From NCBI GenBank assembly GCA_036785375.1, contig JAWMAR010000731.1, positions 496,001 to 560,000 of the forward strand: DNA of 64,000 bases, in the 5' to 3' direction. This stretch comes from Leucoraja ocellata (Eukaryota). The notes below the pieces were generated by a model. The model saw nothing but the letters and a program-made list of their open reading frames with translations, searched no databases and was not told the origin of the DNA. Positions 49,301 through 58,635 of this stretch are shown in pieces. Within the stretch, counting starts at the first letter, position 1. Each line of letters opens with the position of its first letter. The translations under genes were made by a program, and so were the position numbers.

Positions 49301-51735
49301 TAAGCTTCCTTTAGAACCATGGACAATACTAATGCATCTATGCTCCTATTTTGGAATGAATAACATTTGGTTTCATCAGGCCACCTTTCCCAACATCAGA
49401 ACTACATGGAGAGCTTCTCAGCCAATTCTGTTCCCAAAAACTGTTCGTAACCCAAATTGTTTGCAAGTTGGAAATGCATTCTTAAAAGGGGATACGAGAA
49501 ACTGCAGGTGCTGATTCACACAGAGAACCCATGCAGTTGCAGGGAGAATGTACAAACTCCATACAGACAGCACCTGTAGTCAGGGTTGAACCTGAGTCTC
49601 TGGAGCTGTAGGGCAGAAACTCTACCGCCATGCCACTGTTCCTCCAGTTTGGATGTGGCCTCACTCTAGGAATGGAAATTGGGAGAGGAGTTAAAATGGT
49701 TAGCAAATTGGAGATCCCCAAGGTCTTGGCGGACTAAATGCAAGTGTTCGGCGAAACGGTTGCCGACTCTACACTTGGTCTTGCCAATGTAAAGGAGACC
49801 ATATCGGGAACACCGTATGCAATAGATGAGTTTAGACGAGGTGCTCATGAACCACTGTCTCACCTGGAAAGTGCGCTAGTCCCTGAGGTGAGGGAGGAAC
49901 TAAAGGGACAAGTGTTACATCTCTCATGGTGCAGGGGAAAGTATCTGGTGACAGGATGGTTTGGGTGGGAAAGGATGAATGAGCCAAAGAGATGTGAAGG
50001 GAGCATTTTCTGCAGAAGGTGGAAAGGGGTGGGAATGGGAAGATGTAACTGGTGGTGGGATCACATTGAAGATGGCGGAAATGTCGGACGATGAGGTGTT
50101 GGATGCGACGGCTGGTGGGGTGAGAGACGGGGACCAAAGGAGCTCTATTCTTGTTCCATCTGGATTGGGGAAGTGAGAACAGAACTGCAGGGCACAGAGG
50201 AGATGTGGGCAAGGAATTAATCTATGACAGCAGCGGGGGGGGGGGGGGGGGAAACCACTTTTACTGGAATGTTCTAGAATGGAAAGCCTCATTTAGGGAG
50301 CGTTTGCAGCAGAGAAATTGAGAACAGGGGATAGTGTCTTTGCAGGGGATAGTGTTTACTTGACTTGCTTAAGCCAATATAGTCCAATTAAGCGTTTTAA
50401 ATCACTTTCACCTCATTTTGTAACAGGGAATGTTATGGGAGAGAAATAGATGATGTTGCTTTACAAGTGATTTGATTAAAGGGTGCATTTAACGAGGTAA
50501 ATATATACATGCGTGGGCTGTTTAATTATTATTTTTACAAATGTAGTTACTGAATGCCTCACAGACTTTCCACTTATTGTAATAGTCACGTCCGATTCCA
50601 CAATAACATGACAGCGATGACTGAGGTTCATCAATGCAGTAATTAATACATCGATTATAAAAAATATTGCAAACCTATGATCAATTACAGTGAAACATTC
50701 AGGGGCCCAAATGTACATATGAAAATATGAAATTCATACCGACTACCCTGCATGGACCCAAGAAATGACACCAGATTTACAACATCCTACTGTGATTGAT
50801 AGATACCACTTGACATTCAGTGAAATACATTTCTCTGTTTACTGTAGAAATAAAGAACTACAGATGCTGGTTTACCCCCAAAAGGCACAGAGTGCTGGAG
50901 TAACTCGTCGGGTCAGACAGCGTCTCTGGAGAATATATGATGAGGTGAATTCAGAAGAAGTATCCCGACACGTAACGTCACCTATCCATGTTCTCCAGAG
51001 ATGCTGCCTGACCCGCTGAGTTACTACAGCACGTTGTGTCGGTTTTCGCAGTTTATTTTTCAGACTGTGGGCAACACAGGGTCCCAGGACACACTTGTTG
51101 CTCCAAGTCCGTTTCTCTCGCTGCTTTTACTTTGGACAATGTGTACCAGTGGGAAATGGGCCTATTCTCAAGCTTCCTAATACCTGTCTCTGACACACGG
51201 AGGTCAAGATAGGCTTTTCCACATCGTTCAATGGTAACATTCCACCTGCGGTAATGTTTTCACAACGCTCAGCAAAGGTAATTCAGCGATGCAAATTTCA
51301 ATTTAAATTTTGTTCATAATATTGAACAAAATTACAGTGGTGTTTCCCGATATGGCAAAACTGACTCGGGATAAGGATGCTCTAGGTAGCGCTGTAGCGA
51401 AATGGGCAGCGGAGCATTGGGGGGAAAAAGCATCCATTTTACATACAAGAAAAATGAGCATCAAGCACAACATTTTAATTATTCACAGTGTAACGTCACC
51501 TTTGCACTTAGACATCAATTTAGAAAATAGGGTAGCATTCTCAGGTATGGCGAGGTGTCGTTAAACAATGAAACATGCCACACGCCACTAACCTGCTTTC
51601 ATATGAGCTGACAGGCTTTCTGGAATCAATGTTTTCCAATGGCATACTCTGAGGCCTTGGGGTGGCCACTGTTTGCAACGCTCCTCTCCAAAACTGCTCA
51701 AAGAGCTGCTTCTCATCGCATTCTGCCCTTGTCAT
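1133..51735 (-). CDS. srrm3: Serine/arginine repetitive matrix protein 3-like splicing factor (multi-exon, 3' end runs off the left edge)
   Basis: Nine exons splice in compatible phases (2,2,2,2,2,2,0,2) into 1310 nt with no stop. Motifs SSSSPSPPPKKKKKKK, KKKSGKKHKRDR and SDSGSRKKRRH match human SRRM3 (SSSSASPPPKKKKKKK, KKKKSVKKHRRDR, SDSGSRRKRRH, recalled from memory) in the same order. Confidence 0.88.
2484..2588 (-). mobile_element. Short Penelope-derived insertion with an intact hammerhead-like core and a 16-bp direct flanking repeat
   Basis: tggggtgaacagcaaa at 2468-2483 and 2589-2604; the minus strand reads ctgaagaagggtttcggcccgaaacgtt. Confidence 0.85.
2549..2576 (-). ncRNA. Minimal hammerhead ribozyme core (PLE type)
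   Basis: CUGAAGA-A-GGGU(UUCG)GCCC-GAAA-CG-UU: both conserved boxes, a stem II hairpin and a palindromic ACGU stem III. Confidence 0.6.
4219..4565 (-). CDS. srrm3: srrm3 exon (347 nt), RS-rich: STDSRSLSPGAEPRSASKSPK...SGRSKSTRAK
   Basis: Acceptor tttttctcctgctgcag|, donor aa|gttagt, phase 0-2; overlaps ORF 4122..4547. Confidence 0.9.
10660..11530 (-). mobile_element. Degenerate Penelope-like element 3' fragment
   Basis: The minus strand gives remnants such as EQLFLFHLSS..PSGINIGFS, then a pyrimidine-rich tail and a degenerate terminal motif; parallels 36850-37270. Confidence 0.65.
12780..14530 (+). mobile_element. Rex1/Babar-type non-LTR retrotransposon, decayed RT and 3' end
   Basis: KATGPDGIP, CLNDCCPVA..VVMKCFDRLV, LQFIYHHNRSMGDAI, KKTKELIV motifs; ctcttga-type tail. 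Confidence 0.85.
13575..13699 (+). mobile_element. Penelope-derived short insertion nested in the Rex1 element
   Basis: 15-bp duplication cattggtggacaatt at 13560-13574 and 13700-13714. Confidence 0.85.
15285..15505. mobile_element. Penelope-derived palindromic insertion
   Basis: Inverted arms around cagtctgatgaagggtctcgacccgaaacgtc. Confidence 0.8.
15375..15402 (+). ncRNA. Minimal hammerhead ribozyme core (PLE type)
   Basis: CUGAUGA-A-GGGU(CUCG)ACCC-GAAA-CG-UC with a GUC cleavage triplet. Confidence 0.6.
18283..18502 (-). CDS. srrm3: srrm3 exon (220 nt): SHSPSSERRTSHSKSKRSA...RHRHPPNRSQD
   Basis: Acceptor ttttatttgttttccag|, donor gat|gtatgt followed by a pyrimidine-rich tract; phase 2-0. 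Confidence 0.9.
19451..19545 (-). mobile_element. Penelope-derived short insertion
   Basis: Single arm of the same repeat family. Confidence 0.75.
19996..20124 (+). mobile_element. Penelope-derived short insertion with hammerhead-like core (19997-20024)
   Basis: ctgaagaagggttttggcccgaaacgttgcc; same subfamily as 2484-2588. Confidence 0.8.
20730..20837 (-). CDS. srrm3: srrm3 exon (108 nt): SPSESPPRKAHKARSCCSSRSVSASSIRSSSKSLS
   Basis: Acceptor cttttcctcaacag|, donor ag|gtcagt, phase 2-2; GC-rich island in an AT-rich intron. Confidence 0.9.
21428..22125. mobile_element. Non-autonomous DNA transposon (MITE, Harbinger-like TIRs) containing a Penelope-derived palindrome at about 21796-21990
   Basis: About 65-bp imperfect terminal inverted repeats (agggcctgtcccacttatgtgtccttggc... 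/ ...gccaaggacacgtaagtgggacaggggct); internal extra TIR copy at 21640-21657; CpG-rich. Confidence 0.75.
24515..24885 (+). mobile_element. CR1-type LINE 3' fragment
   Basis: Matches the CR1 end at 27960-28460 and 1-320. Confidence 0.65.
25190..25820. mobile_element. Degenerate Penelope-like fragments in inverted arrangement
   Basis: Degenerate terminal motifs at both ends with purine-rich and pyrimidine-rich arms. Confidence 0.5.
26421..26471 (-). CDS. srrm3: srrm3 exon (51 nt): STSPKTKRKDRSKQRR
   Basis: Acceptor aattttctccgtag|, donor cg|gtatgt, phase 2-2. Confidence 0.9.
27170..29130 (+). mobile_element. Nested CR1/HER1 LINEs: old copy interrupted by a Penelope palindrome that itself holds a younger CR1 3' half (about 27500-28465)
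   Basis: VQQAVKKANGMLAFIARGFEFRSKEVLLQL..ALVR..YCVQF RT-tail motif; 16-bp duplication ctcatagaaaacagag at 27391-27406 and 28511-28526. Confidence 0.85.
30235..30270 (-). CDS. srrm3: srrm3 small exon (36 nt): SDSGSRKKRRH, with a non-canonical CGG acceptor as sequenced
   Basis: Peptide is near-identical to recalled SRRM3 SDSGSRRKRRH. Donor is tg|gtaagc; the acceptor reads cttctcatcttatacGG| instead of AG. Confidence 0.75.
30755..31600 (-). mobile_element. CR1/HER1-type LINE 3' fragment
   Basis: EQRDLGVQVHSVLKVASQVDKVVKKAFDTLAFITQSIEYRSWEVMLQLY. Confidence 0.85.
32312..32380 (-). CDS. srrm3: srrm3 exon (69 nt): CESSSSSRKERKKKSGKKHKRD
   Basis: Acceptor tttgtttttcttcatag|, donor ag|gtggag, phase 2-2. 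Confidence 0.9.
33590..33835 (-). mobile_element. HE1-type tRNA-derived SINE, partly deleted
   Basis: Collinear with the SINE at 60025-60335; CR1-like tail. Confidence 0.7.
34355..34580. mobile_element. Penelope-derived palindromic insertion
   Basis: Inverted arms gacacaaagtgctggag.../...ctccagcactttgtgtc. Confidence 0.8.
35172..35252 (-). CDS. srrm3: srrm3 exon (81 nt): KKRKSSSSPSPPPKKKKKKKSGHYKI
   Basis: Acceptor tttttctcatgccactgaag|, donor cg|gtaaat, phase 2-2; poly-Lys motif typical of SRRM3. Confidence 0.92.
36290..37270 (+). mobile_element. Penelope-like element 3' part (GIY-YIG endonuclease remnant plus terminal hammerhead-like motif)
   Basis: SSNLIYCIRCSRCGLLYIGETK and EEQHFIFRL..PSGMYIDF remnants, followed by ctgaagaagggtcttgacccaaaacgtc at about 37166. 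This links the short repeats to Penelope-like elements. Confidence 0.88.
39040..39400 (+). mobile_element. Rex1/Babar LINE 3' ORF end
   Basis: IESVITSSITVWYGN...IISDPSHPANHLFQSLPSGRRLRS..TRFKNSFFPSAIRTLN. Confidence 0.85.
39574..39735. other. Assembly gap (N run)
   Basis: Run of n characters. Confidence 1.
40950..41070 (-). mobile_element. Penelope-derived short insertion
   Basis: Same repeat family, truncated second arm. Confidence 0.75.
41853..41948. mobile_element. Collapsed Penelope-derived palindrome with flanking duplication
   Basis: acagctataat is present on both sides; the centre of the palindrome is deleted. Confidence 0.75.
42395..42950 (-). mobile_element. CR1/HER1-type LINE 3' fragment
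   Basis: MKGLDRVYVERMFPLV..RGLRIKGCSFRKEMRR..F.Q.IVNL.NSL. Confidence 0.85.
43050..44100 (-). mobile_element. Rex1/Babar LINE 3' fragment
   Basis: YRFADDTT..GQISNNDET, LCQDNNLSLNVCKTKEMVI motifs; aataaactaaac tail. Confidence 0.85.
44560..45150 (+). mobile_element. Old degenerate LINE fragment
   Basis: ILGVTFDQILSW-like remnant; resembles 53570-54090. Confidence 0.45.
45540..45775. mobile_element. Penelope-derived palindromic insertion
   Basis: Inverted arms around cttcttcagtctgaag. Confidence 0.8.
46350..47050 (+). mobile_element. Unclassified GC/CpG-rich non-coding retroposon-like element
   Basis: GC-rich core; 3' end aataaagtatgattatgatt resembles LINE tails; no credible ORF. Confidence 0.5.
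47550..47685 (+). mobile_element. Penelope-derived short insertion
   Basis: ctgaagaagggtcaagaaccgaaacgtcacc... Confidence 0.75.
48390..49245 (+). mobile_element. Penelope-like element: terminal motif followed by RT remnant
   Basis: LIFNMDVQSLHT, GTRVGPSY, ELVDFINFTTNFHPALKFTWTISD motifs. Confidence 0.82.
49520..49640 (-). mobile_element. 5' tRNA-like head of HE1-type SINE
   Basis: Matches 60220-60335. Confidence 0.7.
49645..50360 (-). mobile_element. Penelope-like element GIY-YIG fragment
   Basis: SSKLIYCIRCSRYGLLYIGKTKCRVGNRFAEHL..ANHFN. Confidence 0.88.
50845..51050. mobile_element. Penelope-derived palindromic insertion
   Basis: Degenerate inverted arms. Confidence 0.7.
51593..51735 (-). 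CDS. srrm3: Initiating coding exon with SRRM4-type N-terminus: MTRAECDEKQLFEQFWRGALQTVATPRPQSMPLENIDSRKPVSSYES
   Basis: ATG at 51735 (G at -3); an in-frame TGA lies just upstream of the alternative ATG at 51747. Donor AG|GTTAGT is phase 2 and compatible with exon 35172-35252. Aligns without gaps to recalled human SRRM4 MASVQQGEKQLFEKFWRGTFKAVATPRPES. Confidence 0.85.
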
Positions 51736-53221
51736 GTCCGAACACATTTTGCATCATTTATGTGCTGCTGGCACATGCACCGTGAGCAGACACACAGATT
51801 AAAAAAATGGATGCTCGAGGAGTGCCTTCCAGTTGAATGAAGAGGGTGAAGCAGATCCTCCTCAGCTCTGTCTATGCTCTCACGGTGTGGTTGTAACGGC
51901 GCCTGACATGTTCTTGCTTGTGCAGCACGTAGTACAGGCAGCGTTCGCAGCGCTGTCGACTTTACACTGCACACCTTTTCACAACACTGGCTGCAAGACC
52001 ACAATAAGAACCCTCAGCCATGATCCCCAGGGCTTGCCACTGAGGGATTTATTCTATTGCCTTGTCAGAGAAATGTCCAGAATTTCCCTTTTCCTCCCTT
52101 CCCCGATTAAAACATCTAAGCAAATGCTGCATCCTCAACTTCAAGGCAGCATTTATTTACAGAACTTCAAAAATCCATCATAAAGTATAAAGGCAATTAA
52201 ATAGTTCGGATTTTTGTGCAGTGTAGCCTTTCAATATTCTTGAAGACAGCAGCGTTTCAATGTGAACTGCAAGGTAAAAATCCTCAATAACTGGCTCCTC
52301 AGAAAACCAGGATCCCGGATTTCCCGAGACGCAGGATTCAGTCAATAATGTTCAAGGATTCCGTCTACAATGCCTACGATGTTATGTTAACGGTACAATG
52401 TGCCGGTGGGAATTATTTGATCGGGCATCATACGCTTTGAAGCAAGTGTAAATATGTGTTTCTGCAAAGTGAATTGATTTTAAATGATGTTATCCTGAGC
52501 TACTACTTTCCCCTAAACTATTTGCTTCTCTGAGAAGTGAATCACATAGTGTTTTTATTACACTAAGCAAACCACTATAAATATAACACAGTACTGTAAT
52601 CATTTTCAGATGAGATTCCACCATTTAGTAAGGATCCACATTACTGTTCCCATGTTTTCCCAGAGTCGGATATGCATCACGAAACTCATGTTTGAAACCT
52701 TCACAACATAAATTGGAGCTCCCAGGTCAAACAACTGTAAGCAGTCACAAATAAACATGGCACACAACCCACGTCAAATCCATGGGTAGAATTGTGTTTA
52801 AAAACAGTCAAGCACTTTGTTCATTCCCACCTTCTTCCCATTATTTCAATTATGGATGGCCCTGTATTCTGAAACTATACCCACCATCTCTAGATTCCCC
52901 CATGAGAGAGACATCCTCTTGGCTTCTATTCTGTTAAACTCTCTCAGAATATTATATATTTTAGATGATACTCTCCAGTTCACAAATTTAAATGAGCCCT
53001 TTCAACCTTTCCTCATAAGTTAACCTCTTCTCCCCACAAATCAACCTGGAGAATCTTCTCTGACTTGTGTCTGCTACAAATAAATCCCTCCAATATTGCA
53101 TCTATACTCCAGGTATAACCTCACTAACACCCTGTATGGTTGCACTAAGATTCCCTGCATTCATACTCCATCCTCTTTGCAATAAAGGATAATGTTTAAT
53201 TTTCCTCGAAGAAGCAGGGAA

Positions 53222-53358
53222 ACCCTTCTGAAAAAGGGTTTAGGCACGAAACGTCGTCTATTTTCTTCGCTCCATAGATGCTGCTGCACCCGCTGAGTTT
53301 CTCCAGCAATTTTGTGTACCTTCGATCTGCCAGCATCTGCAGTTCCTTCTTGAACACA
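53222..53358 (+). mobile_element. Penelope-derived insertion within an old minus-strand CR1 remnant
   Basis: atgtttaattt is duplicated on both sides. Confidence 0.7.
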
Positions 53359-55099
53359 TGTTTAATTTGCCTGCCTGGTCACTCACTGTATGTACTTGCA
53401 TTCTAACATGTGTGCTTCAGGCACATTCAGATCCCTTTATTCTGTAACATCCACTATTGACAACATTGACAAGGAACAATTGGACTAGCAACTTAAAAAA
53501 ACCGTGGTCCTAAAGGCAAATCTGAAGTTGGGGATTTTGTGGTGAGCAACAAGATCTCCAATATCTGGTGTCTTTCTAACATCTACAAGGCACAAATCAC
53601 AAAGGTGCTAAAACACTACACACTGGCTGAATAAATGCAACTCCAACAATGCTTAAGAAACTTTACACCATTCAGTGTGAAGAGCATCCAACTGAGACCC
53701 TATGTTCGACCACGAGCAGTCATTATTTACAGCATTTGTACATCATAGCTTTGTATCATCAACAAATTATACTGCAGTCTCTTGCCAAGAATACTTTGAC
53801 AGCATTTTCCCAGTCTGCAATCCCTAGCAACAATAAGGGAAAAAATATGTACCATGGAACACCACTACAGGTACCTGCGAGTTTCTCTCTAAATTACACA
53901 GCAACCGGCTCAGTCCTTCATTATCTGTGGATCTAAGTCTGACAATAACCTACCCAAATGCATTGTGTTAACACCTTTACAATCAGAACTGCTGGAATTC
54001 AAGAAAGTTGCTCACCACCATGTTCTCAACTGCAGGTAGGGATGGACAGTAGACATTGGCTTTGCCAGTGATATCCACCTATCCCCCAAAAAATGATTAA
54101 AACAAAACAGGGGACCTGGCAACAATTTGTCTAGTTTTGCAATTCACAAAGTAAGTACCAATCACATTCAGCAATTGGGATTTTTATAAGATTCATTTGG
54201 TAATGCACATAAACATGGAGCTATGAGAAATAATTTCCAGACCTTTAGCTATCATATCAATGGTTATGTGTGAATTCCAGTGAAACTGTGGGATAGGAGT
54301 CTAGAGGAGTGTTTACAAATGAATTTCACGACTTATCTTCAGCTGAACTGTTGATAATAAACTGCATGGAACACAAGACCTGTATGTAGTGATGTAATGT
54401 AACATTAAAATGCAATGATTCATTGATAAACTGCCACCAAGACACGGAAATGATGCAATATATTTGTGGCACTCTTCTCTCCACAAACAAGAAACAATCT
54501 TAAAGGTTATAACCACCAATTTAAAAATGGCACACACGCTAATGGATCCATTACATTGCATCAGACCATCATTCCCTCTAATTTAAATCAGACTTCAAAC
54601 AGGTAGACATCGCTCTATGAGCCACTTCCTACAAAAAAAGATAAATTAAGAAATTGTGACAATAGATGTGAGGAGAATGGATTTCTGTACCTATTGCTGC
54701 AAGATCAATCCGTACTCAATTACATGGACCATGTAAACTTGCTATTTTGAAGCATCTTTTATTCAGTTCCTCTCAGTGAAGGGAATGTTTCTTCCTTTGA
54801 TTTCGCAGCAAAATTGCTGCTGTATAAACTTTATTTTTAGCTCATGTCTGGCATGACTTCATTAAAAAATCCAGAAACCTGCAATGTTTATAAAGAATTT
54901 ATTACTGGTCATAAAAGAATTATTGAGACTTTCTGAAAGTCTCAATATTATAATTCTTTAACTTAGCCAATATTAGAAATAAGACTATTTTTTTGATCTT
55001 AAGCTGAGATGGATGTGATAAAAGACATATTTGAACCTGCCAGATCCATGCGTCAATGTACCTGCACTTTGTTTTGAAATTAAATTAGCCTTACATGAT

Positions 55100-56350
55100 C
55101 TGAGTTAGCATTTGAAATCTGGCATAAATATACCATTAAATATGGCATTAATACATTGCTAAACTCAAGAAAATATGGCACCAGCAGTCTACTATATACG
55201 ACCACACCTGCCACCAATCTTCCTCAACACAACCCAACACATCAACACATTGCTCTACATTATCAAACATGGCATGAACGCACTGCTGCACTTTACTGAA
55301 TCTGCCATTGAGGCACTGCAACACATCAATACTCTGTCACATATTAATTAGCCTTGCATAAGTATACTTATGCACCTCACTAGAAAAGGTAGCAGATCAT
55401 TATTACACAACACAAGCCAGGCATTCAATGCATTGTCCTGCATTATTAAACAATACATAGTGCTCTGCTAATCCTTATCAAACATGGCATCACAATTCTG
55501 CTACACACTATGAAAACTGGTGTAAAGGCACTGCTATATAGCACCAATCTGACACCAATACACTGTCTCGGATCCCCAACCTGACAGGATTCTGTTGCTT
55601 ATTGTCACCAAACGTGCTATCAACATATTGATAAGCACCACCAAAACTGGGTTCAGCACATAGCCGCACAAAACCAGATCTGGCATCAATGCACAATTGC
55701 ACTTCATTAAACCTGGTGCCAGCAGTCTGGTACCTATTACCAAATCTGGCAACAATACACTGCTACACAACAGCATTGCTGGCATCAGCACTTACCTATA
55801 CATTTTCAAACCTGGCATCCATACACTACCAGATGTATACTGAATCTAGAATGAGTACAAAGCTATACCTAACAAAGCTGGTATAGCTTCATTACTACAC
55901 ATCACCAAAACTGAGCAATAATTAACATACATATCATAAAACAGTGGTAGGAATATATAGCTACTTATCATAAAAGCAGGCACCAGCAGACAGCTACACA
56001 TCATCAAACCCGGCACTGACATACTGTTGCACATTATCAATACAAGAATCAATGCACTGCTATGCATTATCAAAGTTGGCATCAGCACACTGCTACACAT
56101 CACCAAACTTGATGTCAGCATGTTGCTCCCCATCACTAAAGCTGCAACGAGGCCATCCTCAAAGCTACCATAACTACATTGTGACATCAACAAAATAGGT
56201 ATCAGGATAGTGGTACATATCCCCAAACTTAACATGAATGCACTATTACACATTATCAAACATGACATGAATACACTGCTGCACTTCACACAAAACTGGC
56301 ACTAATGAACTGTTCCATCTTATCAATTATGGCACCAGTGATCACAAACA
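55100..56350. repeat. Degenerate ~33-bp tandem repeat (minisatellite); satellite block again at about 56940-57130
   Basis: Recurrent unit ~catcaccaaacctggcatcaatacactgctaca; 11-residue periodicity (MCSSVLMPxLx) in ORFs 55534..55791 and 55846..56289. Confidence 0.8.
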
Positions 56351-57804
56351 TCATAACATTTAGAGGGAATGGAAAATGTGATCTAACTATCTCCCCCCAC
56401 TCACTTTACAACTTTAACTTCTTTCTCCCACTGACAAAGGGTCTCCGGCATATACATTAACTCACCACAAATTCTGCCTGCTCTGCTGAGTGTTTTCAGC
56501 ATTTTCCAATTTTTATCTTGCTGCAAATATCTGCGTCCTCCTCACCCCTTGCCTTCTCCCTCCTCCTCTTTTATTTCATCTGCAAATTTGGCTACAGCGC
56601 ATTCATTTTCTTCCTCTAAATCACTAACGTATTTTGCAACCAGCTACAGTCATATCACTGATGCCTGTGGGATCCCATTGATTACAAGTTGTCAACCTAT
56701 AAATGACAATTCTCTAACAACGCCAATAAATTACTTTTAGCGCCATGAGATAATATCTTTGGTAGATAACCTTTTTTTGTGGCACTGCTCCTAATGCCCA
56801 TTGAATAGCCATATAAATTACATTCACTGGTTCCCTTCTATCCATTCTGGTCTATATTTTCACAAAGGACTCTAGTGATTTGTTAAACACAAATTCCCTT
56901 TCATAAGGCTATCGCTAAACAGTGGATTCTTGTGCATTAAAACACATTGCTGCTCATCACCAAATTTGGCATCAGCAGTCTGCCATAAATTACCAAATGT
57001 GGCGCCATTCTTGCTAACATCACCAAAACTGCAATAACACACCAATTCTGTCCAAATAAAATTTACCAAATGTGGCACCATTCTTGCTAACATCACCAAT
57101 ACTGTATTAACACACTGTCTATCAAAACACATGACCCCTTCACACAGTTTATTCTGTCTGACCTTTGAACAGAGGAAACATTAAAGTAATTCATTTGATT
57201 TAGTAGCTCAGAAGGTCATCTACTGTATCTTTTTCCACTTTGACGGTCATATACTCCAAAAGAAGTCGGTGCTGTTGAGTGATTCTAAAAATCAATTGTT
57301 ATCAATTATTTCAAAGCACACATATATGAGGCCAGATGGTGGGAACCAAATATCTACAGTCTCTGGTTCTGTCCCCCTAAGTATAAGAGACTTACTACAT
57401 GTGTCTCAAATTAATCAGATACTACAGAGCAGGATAATAATTTTGGAAAGAAATCTATCAAATTTGCATTTTAATGTATTAGTGCTATCTGATTGTTTTG
57501 TCTCCTCCAAGGGATAGAATGTGTAAATTAAAGCTTCTGGACCTTAATTATACAAGGGACTTGGCTGTGCAGACTGCTAAAAAAAAACCTCATGCAATAA
57601 TGATGGCAGGTTTTCAGAGAAACGTGTCTGCTCATAAATTTGTTTCAGAAAAATTGTTTTGCTTGTCTTGTACCTACAGAATTGCATGAAGTATTTAAAT
57701 TACCAATTTTGTGGGATTCATACCAAGACTAAATGAAATCTGTTATGTTATTGGTAACCATTCCCCTGTTTCATCCCAATTGAAAAAGATAAATTCAACC
57801 ATAG

Positions 57805-57985
57805 GCTCAACATTCTGGAATAACACAGTGAGTCAGGCAACATCGCTGCAGAAAATGGATAGGTGACATTTAAGGTCATGAAGGGTCGCCTATCCACTTT
57901 CTCCAGATGCTGCCTGACCCACTGAGTTACTCCAACATTTTCTGTCAATCTTTGGTATAAAACAACATCTGCAGTTTCTTTTTAT
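57805..57985. mobile_element. Penelope-derived palindromic insertion (degenerate)
   Basis: Inverted arms. Confidence 0.65.
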
Positions 57986-58544
57986 TACAAGAGAAATTCA
58001 ACCTACATTTCAAGGGCTAAGACACTGATGCGGTCTGATGCGGCCAGTTCGGGAGCTGGTTATTTTGAACCTTGTCACACAATCAATCACAGTTAGCAGT
58101 AGATTCACAGTGGGCTTGTTTACCCAATTGGAAAAGATGTATACCTCTTAATCTGTCTGAAGAAGGAGCAGTCTTGAGGAGATGCAAGAGAGGGTGGCAA
58201 GAAGCAGTAACTGGGAGAATTTAAAAAAATGGTTCAAATGAGCCAATTGACAGAAGTTACCAGTAAATGGAAAACTGGGGGGAAGAGAATGCAAAATACA
58301 AGAAATGGAGATAACCTTAATAAAGGGAAACGTTTGGTGGGCATTATGAAGATATAAATCTTAAAAACAGTAAATGGGGAAAACATAAATGGGGGAAGTG
58401 GAGGAGGATGACAGTAGTGTAAATAGGTGATTTAAGAAGAGCAGAGAATGAGAGAAGCAGACGAACATATCATAAGGAAAAAAGAATGAAGAGCATGGAA
58501 AAGCTACCTGCCACTTTGAGCTTGCTCTGCGTTTATCAAGAACA

Positions 58545-58635
58545 TAGACACAAAATGCTGGAGTAACTCAGCAGGACAGGCAGCATCTCTGGAGAGAAGG
58601 AATAGATGGTGTTTCAGGTCGAGACTCTTCTTCAG
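58545..58635 (-). mobile_element. Penelope-derived short insertion
   Basis: Single arm of the family. Confidence 0.75.

Noticed and set aside
51945-51965. Possible REST/RE1 site (gcgctgtc) near the first exon
   Set aside because: Only a partial right half-site; no left half nearby.
55534-56289. Hydrophobic Met/Cys-rich ORFs resembling a membrane protein
   Set aside because: Explained by translation of a 33-bp tandem repeat; interrupted by stops and frameshifts.
55100-56350. CRISPR-like periodicity
   Set aside because: Eukaryotic DNA; contiguous degenerate units with no unique spacers and no cas genes.
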